NCBI GenBank assembly: GCA_030704615.1
Contig: CM060732.1
Span: 62,310,001-62,374,000 of the forward strand
Direction of reading: 5' to 3'
DNA from: Takakia lepidozioides
Lineage: Eukaryota; Plantae; Bryophyta
Length of the DNA stretch: 64,000 nucleotides
Position numbers and translations under genes: made by a program. Every line of letters starts with the position of its first letter. Position 1 is the stretch's first letter. Of the stretch, positions 25,165 through 36,330 are shown piece after piece. Under the pieces are notes generated by a model. The model did no database searches and was not told the origin of the DNA. It saw only the letters and a program-made list of their open reading frames with translations.

Positions 25165-25740
25165 TCATCAATACCTGACAGACAGTTAAAGAGTCCTTGA
25201 AGAACAGTTGTGTAAACAGTTGTTAAAACAGATGTCAAGCAGTTATGTGCCTGCCCACACCCAATGGAAAAGACGGCTGAGCCGGAAAATCTGGGATACA
25301 ATGCCTTTGTAAATGTTTTCAGGCACGTGGGCCCAGACATTGCATTCATAGCACGGCTACCAAATAGGGTGCAGAACCAATGAGAAGTTCTGAACCGCTG
25401 CAATGCGCAAAATCAACTTGCACATGTATGGACATCGAATCCAGGGTATGGCCATACGGACAGAAGAGGTGACGGCGGCCAGTGCCAAATGCACAAATGT
25501 TCTTGTGCTACGTGGACACGTGTGAGGTGAACCCATGCATAACCGTCGTGAGCGTTGCCCCACCTGCATACCCTCGCACAACGTCTCTGGGCCCAGCAGA
25601 TCCTCATTTTCAAGCTGGAGACTAGCAGGAGACTGAGTTCCCACCGAGAGAGTGGTAGGCGTAGAAGGCAGTCTTTTTTTTTCACCTCAGCGTGAGAGAG
25701 GAAGAGGGCGAGAGAGAGAAGGAGAGGTCGCAAGCTGGAT

Positions 25741-28700
25741 TTGACGCTTCAAGAGATAGCAGAGGAGAGTTCGGCCCTGGAAACAAAACACATGACTGTG
25801 CAGGATCAGGTGATCGGGGCTGCCCAAGGAGGGGATGAAACACCATCAGAGAGCGACACAGAGGATATGGACACAGAGGAGCCCGACGCTGTTGCTAAGG
25901 AACCCACGCCAAAGGGGAAGAGTGTTGTTGAGAAGGAGACGACTCCGAAGAGGAAGCAGGGCCAAATGCCCCTCAACACATTCAAGAGCATCCTCAGCCC
26001 ACAAACCTTCGCAAAATGCCAGACCTCCAAAACGTCGGACACATGGTACAAGCTGACAAGGGGAGCATTCATGGAGTACATGTACACGGTTAGTATATCA
26101 TCACTAAGCACTTCCATTTTCTAGTACAATTCAAATTATTCTGTTATCTGATTTTGGATTGGTTTTTGCAGCAAGAGATAGCGGAGGCTGGGAAGAGGGC
26201 TAAAGTAGAGTCATCGAAGGGAGTGGCTGAAGCAATGAAGTTAAAGATGAATGAGACTCGGAAGAAGATCATGAGCGCCTTTGTGAAACAACTGAGAATA
26301 TCAGACCCTGCCTTTGGGCCTCAATTCTTGAACGAGGTGAGGAACCACTGGAACAACAATACCAAGCCAGAGATGACACATGAAAAGCTGCATCGATTGT
26401 CAACTGCAGTGGTGGATTCGGAGCAGAAAGTTAAATGGTTGGAGATTTGGAATTCTGACCCAACAGTGAAGGACAAATATTGCTTCCCAAAGGGGGAAAG
26501 AGACGAAAACACTGGTCACATCAGGCCCTTCAGCGATCAAGTTTTTGATACATGGCTGCACAAAGCCACGTATTGGAGCCAGGTAATCTTGTGGACTGTC
26601 TTACCTTGAATTTACAGAAGGATCTTCCCTAGTATGGACTCTAACATTGAGGATTGCGTCTCTTGACAGATTGAAGCTCGTGCGAACCAGGTGCTGGAGA
26701 AGCAGCTAAATGCTTACAAGATGACGAAGATCTTGCCCGAAGATACTCTGGAGGATTACTTGAGACAATGGAAGGCGACACCGTGGAGTAACTGTTTCTT
26801 TAGGGAGTTCGCCAAGGAGGGGGGCATATCCCGCACAAAAGAGTTCGAGCAGCAGTTCGGAGCCGAGAGAGCCATGAAAAGGGTCCTGTACAGGTGGGTC
26901 ATTTGAACTAAGCAGGTTCACCTTCTACTTTTATGACCCTCCAAAATTGAGTGCGTCACCGCATGCATTTTTGGAGGGTTGGATCTCTGGACTGTTTTCC
27001 CTATGTCTCATTCAATGCAGGTTCGTTTCTTGGAGACCCGCTGCCTATCTGGTTTTTTTTCATGTTATCAGTTCTGGCCACATATCATGTAGTTTCTCCT
27101 CCACTTTCTAATACTATGCCTGCATTGTTTTGTAGGTATATCAAGAACGTTCTGATTCCTGGGAACAACCTCAGCAAGTACCCAAGCTTCATTGACTTGT
27201 GGGCTGACTCCTCCAATAGCCAGACCATGTACACTGCAGCAATCCTCAGGGATTACGGTAGATTTCACCTCAAGGACTGCTGCTGGTATCTCGACATACC
27301 CAAGTCAGATTGCCCATGGTATGAGTTGCAGACACGGAACCAGAATGACAATGCAGAGTCCTTGGCTCCTCTAACAGACAAGGAACTACATGACAAAAAC
27401 CTATGAAACCTCGTTGAGAGGGAACCTGCAGCCACTAACACTCCGGCGAGAGGGAAGGGGAAGGAAAAGGGCACAAAGGACAAATGGAAGGAGAAGAGCA
27501 CCCAAGGGGATGTTGCAGTAGGTGTTGGTTCCCAGACCCCAATTGCAACCAAGGATCACAAACGCAAGGGGAAGTTTGAGCCATACGACGCAGTGGAGCA
27601 CCCATCCCGAATCAACCGAGAATGGAGATGCGAGCTTGTGAACAACTCCTTCCTTGCCATGATGGAGACCAGGACAGGTGGTTACACTGGAGATCCCTCT
27701 CCAACGTGGGTTAAGATGAGTGTTTTTCTGGAGTCGGTAAGCAAATTTCCCATCTTGACTGTTGCAAATTTCCCATCTTCGATGTGGTTTTGAATTTTTG
27801 TCGGCGCTGTTTGCAGGTTTCGTCGGGGCGGGATTGGGTGAATGGTGCTCAGAAACCGTGTGTTGCAGACATGGTGATTGTTGACATTCCGGACGGGTAG
27901 GTGGTACCAGACATTCTCCCCACTGGCACTTTGCCCAACCTGGAATGCATTTGACGAAAGGTACTGGCGGTGGGTCTTCTCTTTTTGCAAGTTCTTTCTG
28001 TCGGATGGAGGGGTTCTGGTTATGATTCAGTCCATCACTACGAAATGTCGTCGGGAGATTTCAAGCTATTTGAAGGCCTCAGGGATGAAGATCATCAAAA
28101 CGTGGAATGGTGTGAACAACCTATACCTGACAAAGGGTGACTGTCCGGGACAAATGGTAATCCTCCTTCTCTTTCCTGCTTCAATTTGTGTGCAATTTGG
28201 TCCCTCCGGAATTGAGTGCGTTGACGCACTCAATTCCGGATGGGTGAAATCGCTCTCATCCATATCTTATGTGATTCGTGATGTCTTTTTGAGCAGACCC
28301 GCCTTTTTGAAGCCGTGTGCCTCGTCAGGATTCGCCCACCTTCCACTCCTGCGTCAGTGAAGGAATTCAGGCTTCATGGGTGAGGTTGTTTTATCAATGA
28401 CAGGTTTGATCCTATGGTGGACGACATTCACTACAACTACGTGGATTCTAATGTGTGTTTGAGAAAGTCCAATTCCACACCATGGAGAGGGGCGAAGGAG
28501 AAGAGCCCAGCTTTTATTCAGACAATTATAGAGACATGCTCTCATCCGGGGTCGCGCATTGTGGACCTCATTCTTGGGACAGGTTAGACCCCGATCATTC
28601 TTTGGTGTTCTCTTCTTGTTGCAGAGTTTGTTATATCTTGCTAACAGTACAATGTCTTGCAGGCGCTTCGTACCATGCTTGCAAGGCTGGGGGCAGGCAT

Positions 28701-28847
28701 TTGCTTGGTATGGAAGGGGATGCGGATATTTTCAATGCAAGCTTGCAAGGGCCAGCCCCTGCCATCCAGGAACAGGAGGGTACAGTGCATGTGGATATCA
28801 ACGAAGGGGACGACAAAGACCTGGACGACGATTTCGCATGTGAGTAA
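25741..28847 (+). pseudogene. Multi-exon gene with a C-terminal beta-class N4-cytosine/N6-adenine DNA methyltransferase domain (disrupted)
   Basis: GT-AG exons with compatible phases: 25741-26088, 26172-26582, 26670-26893, 27136-27736, 27817-28156, 28297-28582, 28663-28847. Motif IV-like ADMVIVDIPDG; FLSDGGVLVMI; PWRGAKEKSPAFIQTIIETCSHPGSRIVDLILGT|GASYHACKAGGRHLLGMEGDADIF (motifs X-I-II). Stops at 27404, 27898 and 28381; frameshift near 27930. The true start is uncertain. Confidence 0.8.
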
Positions 28848-30174
28848 GTTGAAATTCTGTATGAATCTTAGTTCTCGAACACAACCCCCCACCATTCCCT
28901 TTTCTTCTATGTTCGCAAATGCATTGCGTTCACGTTGGTTGTCATGATATTGAAAGCTATTCCTTTGCACAACGTCTGTGTTTTTTAGTCTGACTTTTAG
29001 TGCAGCCCTCCACGTTCGTACATCCTGCCAGAGTACGTTGAGGCCATTGCTCGACAGCAGTTGTTGAACAAATCTCCCCCGTGTGCTTGGAAGCAGAAAA
29101 GGCACCTAGGAGCTCGGGTTTTCGTGGATGATAGTGCCACAGTTTCAGGGGATAGTTGTAGTGATTGAGACCATGCATCAATGTAGTCCGGTTTTGGTTA
29201 TGGGCATGTGGCAAGTGCCACACCTATCACACATTTATGTAATACAATGCCTGCATACGCATGTGTGTTCCTGGTGATGTCGTTGAATGCTCATTCCTCA
29301 ATTTCAAGGCTTGTATGCGTTTGCAAATATGACTTCTGTCTGTATTTATGTCTTCATTTCGCATCACTCTGTCATTTTGAGCAAACGTTTTAGGTGCAAG
29401 CCTTATGGCTGCAGTATGTATGCACTATCGGCTTCATCGCTAGATGAAGGGCACGACACTGATGACTAACATTGGTTATGGGTCAAACATGAAGAGTACG
29501 CATGTGCTGCCAAGTGGTTTTGTCAAAATTTTGTTGCACAATGTGAAAGACCTTGAACTCGTCATGCACAACTTTAATGGGTATGGTTACAACTAATGAA
29601 TAAGCTTGGAAATGTTGGTGCTCTATCGAGAGATATTAGCACATTGTACCTCACTAGCAAGGCGACCAGGTCGCATTGACAGTCCACAACCACTTCAGTG
29701 TGGTGATATAGTGCGTTCCTCCAGTGTGGTACTCAAATGGCTCACTATGTGTCGACATTGAGAGGAAAGCAAAAGTGAAGCGTGCTGCACATGGAAAATG
29801 CTCTAGTAACCAGTGGGAAAATATCAAAGAATGGAATATGTGCCTGGCATCTACTGTGTTGTCTTATTCTACATAGGTTTCATCGGTCGACCTTTCCCCA
29901 AATGGCAGACATTGGTTAAATCTTATCATGTGCTTCATGAGGGATTTTCTCATTGCACATTCATCCTCTCTCATTCATCCATTAGATTTCATCCACATTC
30001 ATCCACATTCGCAGCATGGCATCCACATTCACTGTCTATCATCCTCATGAATTCATCCACAACCATTGTATATTTGGTCTCTGCAAACACAATCATTCAA
30101 CAACATCGCCCACATATGTTCCCTTTGTGCCGAATGCGCAATTCCGCGGCTATGGGCCCCCTTCTACCTTTTCA

Positions 30175-30366
30175 GCCCGCGGTTATAGGTCGGTGCCTAT
30201 GGAAATGACGTCAACCTGCTATGACGTGGCGTCTACCAAGCTGGCGGGGTGTGATGACGTGGAGTCAGATGCGGCCGCCTAGGTGGCAAGAACTGTTGAC
30301 ATGGCGTGAGCGTGGCTACGCTCACGCGCTCACGCGCTCACATGCTCACGCTCATATGCTCACGCT
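30175..30366 (+). repeat. GCTCACGC-array putative transposon terminus
   Basis: CCCGCGGTTATAGG, TGACGTGG motifs, then gctcacgcgctcacgcgctcacatgctcacgctcatatgctcacgc; abuts and truncates the PPR fragment. Confidence 0.5.
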
Positions 30367-30377
30367 TCAGCATCCCC

Positions 30378-30745
30378 CCCCTGCAAGGATCGCATTCCAT
30401 GACACCACACCTCGTTCAGCCATAGTGTTGAAAACTCCCTTCGCATCCTTAATGCACCCACATTTGGCATACATGTCCACCAGGACAGTGTTCAGAATGA
30501 CATCTGGTACAATTCCAGCTTTGACGATGTCACCATGGACCTCTTTCCCCTTTTCCAGGGCTCTCAGGCTTGCACACACATTGCAAACACAAACAAACGT
30601 GATGTGGTTGGGCTTCACCCCTTCGCGCAACATTTGCTCATCGGTCTCCAAAGCATTCCTACCACACCCATGCTTGGTAAGTCCCGCCAATATTATATTC
30701 CACGTGATCAAAGATCGTTGGGGCATTCTACTGAACACTTGGTCA
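30378..30745 (-). pseudogene. PLS-class PPR protein fragment
   Basis: FSRMPQRSLITWNIILAGLTKHG...GVKPNHITFV...VLVDMYAKCGCIKDAKGVFNTMAERGVVSWNAIL; both ends missing. Confidence 0.9.
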
Positions 30746-30923
30746 TACTAAATTGCAGGGTAAGGATTCTGAAACCCTAGATTCAAACCAGCAAATGGGC
30801 ACTCAATAAATTCCACAAGGCCCTACCCAGGGAATAAAATTTGCAGCAAGTATAGACTTGTTAGTTTCAGGATATCCATAGGAAAGAATCACTAAATTCC
30901 ACCTGAAATATTCTACCCAAGAT

Positions 30924-30978
<55 letters not shown>

Positions 30979-30997
30979 TACTCATAAGACGTTGTTT

Positions 30998-31030
<33 letters not shown>
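30924..31030. repeat. (AG)n microsatellites
   Basis: Two perfect AG runs, at 30924-30975 and 31001-31030. Confidence 0.95.
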
Positions 31031-31033
<3 letters not shown>

Positions 31034-31034
<1 letters not shown>

Positions 31035-31912
31035 TTTTCAGCACTGATGCCATACATCTCTCGGAGCAATGCCATAATGAGGGTTTTCTTGCCTGCTCCA
31101 GTGGGACCATAGAACAACAAGTGTGGACAATCTCCCTATGTTGTCTGTCAACCACACAGAGAACATCATTCATCTCTTCCTCAACACACTCTCTACAGAT
31201 TCCCATTGTTTGGCATAGGCCTTGTGAGACCCAAACTGTCTTGCAGGCCCTCAAGGCACCTTGTGGGTGTTATGAAGTATCTTTTCTCTACACCTTTGTG
31301 TGCATCAGTGTACCATAAGCCATTTAGACTCCCAATCAGCTTCATAAAATGTCTTTCATTCTTTCTTAGCAAAGATCAGTCCGTCCCTCCATATTTCGTC
31401 GAAGACCCACTGCCGAATGTGAGCTTAACAGATCAGGGCTTATCTCATTGTAAACAAACAACTTGCGCACGCTTTAGTTGTATATCAATATGCTACAGTG
31501 TAGTGCAGGTCTGGTGACGCTGGTGTGGATAGCAAAATGGCCAGCCTTCGTAAGTTCGTCTGTGAAAATTAAAACTGTATATGGTCAATCCAATATATGC
31601 ACGGGGTTTGATGCCACACGCTGCAGTATGTTGGCAATCAAAGCCCTCTGTGGTCCTTACTTGTCCTTGACACCTCTAGAGAATAGAGGAAAGTCGATAA
31701 CATTCGAGCCTCGCAACATTTCTAGTTACCTTGCGCACTTGTGACAAACCTATCAATGTAGATTTCACAACATGCTCGCTGTAGTTAACCTCCTGAGATC
31801 AAGACAGCATTTTGCAAAGATGCAAAGTTCTCACCAGATTCTTCAGATGTTGGGCTTCCTCGACATGCACCATCACTTTGTCAAGCGTCCGCGGCTGGTA
31901 CTTGTCTACGAC
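31034..31912 (-). pseudogene. RFC3: Replication factor C subunit 3 (RFC38-type), first two exons only
   Basis: Exon 31835-31912 VDKYQPRTLDKVMVHVEEAQHLKNL|gtgag; exon 31034-31144 [36 protein letters not shown]|gt (GKKT P-loop variant). No start Met, an in-frame TAG, and no later exons. Confidence 0.8.
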
Positions 31913-33568
31913 CTTTTTTCTTCTCCTTCCAACTCTTGTATACCCACAACATTTCTCACTCCTCTCTGAGCCTCCAACAACGCTTCCAATCAACCACTCT
32001 CTGTCCGTGTCTGCTCTGAGGTTAAACTAACCTGTAAGCATGTGGATCCACAAGAAGTTGCGATAAACGAAACTAGGGGAGTTGTAACATGAAGGCAGAA
32101 GTAGACACTCCTGTCAATAACAAACTACTCAAACGACACAAACAATGTCTCTAAACAAAATAGTTCTCCATCTGCGTCTGCATCTGAAGTGAACCCAACT
32201 TCGATCGTCCTCGGCAATTGCAAGAAAGAAGCAGACGGGTACCAGCATCCGGAATTATGGCAGCGAAGTGAAGTGAAGTCCCTTTTTTTATACGCTCCAG
32301 TGTGAAATTGGTGGGATAGGCTCATGTCGGGTGACCCAACTTGTATGATGGCTAAGTCATGATGTCATGGATGTATTTCTTGCGTTCATGGGGCATGCAT
32401 GGTGGATGCGTGCAATACAGTAACACTCAGTTCAATGTCTGACAGTAGTTTCGGGAGCAAGGGACCCGGTGCGGGGGCAGCGGGAGAAGGGCGCCTGGCG
32501 CTGCGACCGTGGGCCGCGGCGCTGCCGCGAGGGGGGGGGCGGGGGCGAGGCGGAGGGCGGGGGTGGGGCCACGCAGGCCCACTGAGGCAACATTCAACTC
32601 CCGGGCCTCTTTCATCATTGCCGTGCCGACTTTGCATTGTAAAGGGATTAATTCTTTTGAACTGGACTTTATGTTCCACGGTGTTGCCCTGGGGCAAGGT
32701 GCAACACATTTTGTCCGTTTAGGCAAATGCATACTGTTAGGAAACTGTAGCAAGTGGGCCAGGATTCAAACGAGTCTGGATACATCAGGGTCCGTCCTTA
32801 TGGAACCTCCGTGGGTTTACAGAAGCGTAAGCAGAGCCGGTGATTGTTGAGAAGCCGATCAGTTTTGGGATCAAATGGTTCTCATTTTGGACAAGCTGAA
32901 GATTTGTTTATTCTCCACTAGCGATTAGTTTTGCAGATCATGACTGTTCGTTTTCAATTAGTCCAGGGACACATCTCGTAGTCACCGAGGACGCTTTGAT
33001 CAGCCTAGTCAGATACGTAAAGCTCAGTAAATAGTCAAGTTCATGTAACTGATGAGTAGTTCAACTAAATGACATGGTCCATACTACTGTGCAGCGTAGT
33101 GAGTAAAGTGAATGATGATGCACACCTTTTGGGCCCCATGCGCTCCCGATTCAATGCACTTGCTGTTCAAAATAGTACCCCCTATTGGTCCATTCAAGGA
33201 TTATTATGTGTTTTCAGCTTGAAAATTCACCAATATTATGTATAACTTTGGATTTTTTTGTTTTTTGTTTTTTTCAATAAATTTCATTTTCTTGTGCCTA
33301 CATGGGAAAAATGTATATAAGGACATTGCACAGCTGAAATTGCCTGCATTTCTTAAAGGAGCCATTATAGGGCCACACCTGCTTTTAACGAGTGTTCACA
33401 AAGTCTCCCGCCTCTGGGTTTGTGCCAAAGCAGCTTACGAGAATATACCCAGTATTACACACATGCTGCTATGTAATATATCCCCACCCAATCTCAATGG
33501 ACCATCAGCTGTTTGGCAGTTGGAAACCCAGCAAGTTGGGCCCAGGCTGACAAAAGTTTCTTTATCGC

Positions 33569-33752
33569 ACTTGAGCAGGTAGCCCAGTGGTTGGGTGTTT
33601 GTGCCTTGCCTGTGCATAACCTCGGTGATCCTGGGTTCAATCCTTCAACATGTGCCTTCAGACCGTCCATTGGGCCCTCGATGGCCTGTGTGTTGAGCAG
33701 TAGGCTCAGTAAATTCACTGGACGTTAAAGAAACTTTATCTTTTTATCTTTA
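33569..33752 (+). mobile_element. tRNA-derived SINE with (TTTATC)n tail
   Basis: A box TAGCCCAGTGG (33580), B box GGTTCAATCC (~33634), simple-repeat tail, and a flanking direct repeat TCTTTATCGC (33559-33568 and 33753-33762). Confidence 0.7.
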
Positions 33753-34671
33753 TCTTTATCGCCCAGTGACATGGGCAATTATACCCTGCCTCCTCTTTTC
33801 TCTGTCTACAGTCAACAGCCAATGTAACATGTAACTTGATGGAAAGGAGAGAGGAGTGCGCAAAATGTTACTGAAGACGTTCAATAACGCCAGTTTTACA
33901 CTCTTCGATGTAGGTCACACTGATGGCTGACTCGTCCTTTTGAGTAGTGGCTACGACCACGGTTAGTCGTCTTTCCAAAAGCTTCCTTCAAGTAAGGGAT
34001 TCCTCCTACCTTCATCAAAGACACTCGATTGCTTTTCACCTGCCCTCACCCCACCACGGGTCTCTCATATCCATCATGTTGGTGGTCTGTTTCCATCATA
34101 CTGCCGATCAGCAGGGATTGAAAAACCAGCTTTCGATTTGATCAATAAAATTTTGGTATTGAAGCTTCATAACGTTTGCATCGCAGGAAAGTTCAGGTGG
34201 GTAGTTGGGTACCATGACCAGAATCCACACTTAATGCAACACCACCACTGAAGCCAAGTTTTTTGCACCATTAGAACCTTCGAGTTAAACGTACATATGA
34301 TTTTATTGAGGGACTTGGACCAATTGATCACCACCGTTCAAAAGCTCAGGCCAGTGTCAATTGTTACATCACAGTACACTACAGACTTGTAGAAAGGAAC
34401 TACATCGTACGTAGAGAGAGATTGAAGTTTTTAAGAGGATTCTATAACATCTGGAGAGGCAGTCGAGTAGCAGGAGGTTTATACAAAACTGCATCAAATC
34501 CACACACAGGGACATTGAATGGCTCCTTGGTAAGTGCTGCATCTCCTGCGAAGCTCATCCCTCTTCCACAAGGCTACGACTGCCGCTTGGTGAAGAAGAA
34601 ACACGAATTTACTGGGATACTGTACTCTCCGGAAGCTCCATCAGCTGTGCACAACACTTGGAAGCCGCGCC

Positions 34672-35803
34672 TTAGAACCAGCCGGTTTTCTTAGGTTGGT
34701 CAGGGTTCTCGAGTTGTTCTTGGTTTTGCTGGTCTTGCTCCTTCTCGTGGTGCCCCACGAGGCCAAGGCCAGCTCCTCCGGCAGCAACACCAGCGGCAAT
34801 GTCTCCATAAATATTGTCTCTGCCTTTATCCGCGGGGTCTACACTGGCTTCATGTTTCTCATACTGCCACAAACGAACAAAGATCAATCCCCACATGTTA
34901 TGACAGGTGATAAAGAAGGTGGCCTGGCCGTCTATACATTCGTCTAGCTACCATACGCAAGAAAGAAAGAGGACTCCGCCCGGAGAAAGCGTAAATTATA
35001 GTGTCTCTTCATTCCCAAGGACTACTGCCTGCCGAATGTACCTTAGGCATAGTAATAGGGAGCAAACGTCCACCCAGCAAGCACGTCTTAAGAAGCACTC
35101 TACTGGGTACTATAACCCCAAGTGCCCGAGCGCCTAGAAACTTCTCTCGGGAAACAGTTGGGAATCCAGTGCGCAATCATGCAAAGTCGAAGAGAGCGAA
35201 ATCATACTACTTGACGCCCGCATACCCCATTAATCTCACATGATATCGTCTCTCAGCTCAGCTGATCTCCCAATCACTATCGCAATCCGAAAGTACATCT
35301 TCGAAACCCATTAGTGTAGAAATCTAGGAACAAGAAAGTCAGTACCTCAAGTAAACTTCTACACTGTACCTCGTTTCAGGAGAATGTCAGAATAGTCTCC
35401 AAACATGATCAAAGCAACTAACAAGGGAAAGGGGAGAGCTGACCGCAGCAACGGCACCGCCAGCCAATGCAGCGACGCCGCCTGCGTCTTCTGCTCTACC
35501 CCAGTCTGTGGCACCAGACTGATCCTTCTGAATTCCGTCAAGAGTCTGCTGCGCTTGAGTGGGGTCTTGGTTTCCATAGCTACTGTCGACATTTCCACCA
35601 ACGTTAGACACGTCTTGTTGGCCATATCCACCAGCACCAGTATCGGAAACAGCCTGCGTATCATATCCTCCACCTTGGGCAGAGGGATCGCCACCACCAT
35701 AACCTCCGGACTGGTCGACAGAGGGATCGACACCCCCATATCCGCCCTGGTTGGTATCGGTTCTACTACCATCGTACCCAGAATCAGCGAAGCCGTCAGA
35801 CAT
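34672..35803 (-). CDS. ASR: ASR (ABA/WDS, LEA group 7)-like protein with a Gly/Asp-rich N-terminal extension, 183 aa, 2 exons
   Basis: Exons 35803-35444 and 34863-34672, phase-0 GT-AG intron: AGGVAALAGGAVAA|YEKHEASVDPADKGRDNIYGDIAAGVAAGGAGLGLVGHHEKEQ resembles the ABA/WDS motif YEKHEAKKDP...IAAAAAVGAGG...HEHHEK, with the intron at the usual ASR position. Confidence 0.8.
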
Positions 35804-35924
35804 TGTGAGACTGAGAAGAGACGAGACGAGAGAGACGAGAGAGACGCAGAGAAGCAGCTCTACAGCAGCTTTGCGAGAGAGACAGCGACTGCGAGAACGA
35901 CGAACTGTAAACTGGGCCGCCCGT

Positions 35925-36330
35925 GATTTAAAACCCTCCGTCTTGCCTCGGGCAGAGGCCCGGACACAGCCTCGGACCCAGCCTCGGATTGTGCCTCGAC
36001 GTCCTGCTCCATCCGTTTACCTTTCGCACCGACAACAAGGGACACCGCACAAGGGAAGGGGGAGAAGATAATACCACACCGACAAGGTAGCAGGATTTGA
36101 ACCCAGAATCACCCGGGTGGCATATACGGGGTTCAGAAGTACCAAATAAGCTACTTTGAAGTGCCGGTTGAGGTGCGTAATGACATGTCAGTTTATGTAC
36201 CCGACTGGCAGCGCGACGGACGAACGGACGCCGTCCGTTACTTCCACCTCGTCGACAGACACCGTCCATCCCACGTGCCCCTCGCGTGGGGTCGTGGGCC
36301 ACCGACGGAGCATCCATGTCTCACCGACCA
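35925..36330 (-). promoter_or_regulatory. Stress-responsive promoter motifs upstream of the ASR-like gene
   Basis: Four DRE/CRT cores ACCGAC (36028, 36078, 36301, 36323), a G-box/ABRE CCACGTG (~36271), and a TTTAAA TATA-like box (~35927). Confidence 0.5.

Noticed and set aside
5925-30366. A single 24-kb TIR element spanning both GCGTGAGC termini
   Set aside because: The outermost bases do not match as TIRs and no TSD was found; kept only as a motif-level finding.
32386-32850. Overlapping Pro/Gly-rich ORFs, a G-rich tract, and a weak hAT-like 'ATPWN' motif
   Set aside because: The ORFs arise from a low-complexity GC tract, and the transposase resemblance is too short to support.
33575-33650. 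Possible tRNA genes (also ~235-298, ~38825-38890 and ~39745-39810)
   Set aside because: A and B boxes are present but there is no consistent cloverleaf or acceptor stem; tails and duplicate copies indicate SINEs.
35359-35926. Alternative-frame and antisense ORFs over the ASR-like gene
   Set aside because: Shadows of the GC-rich coding exon.
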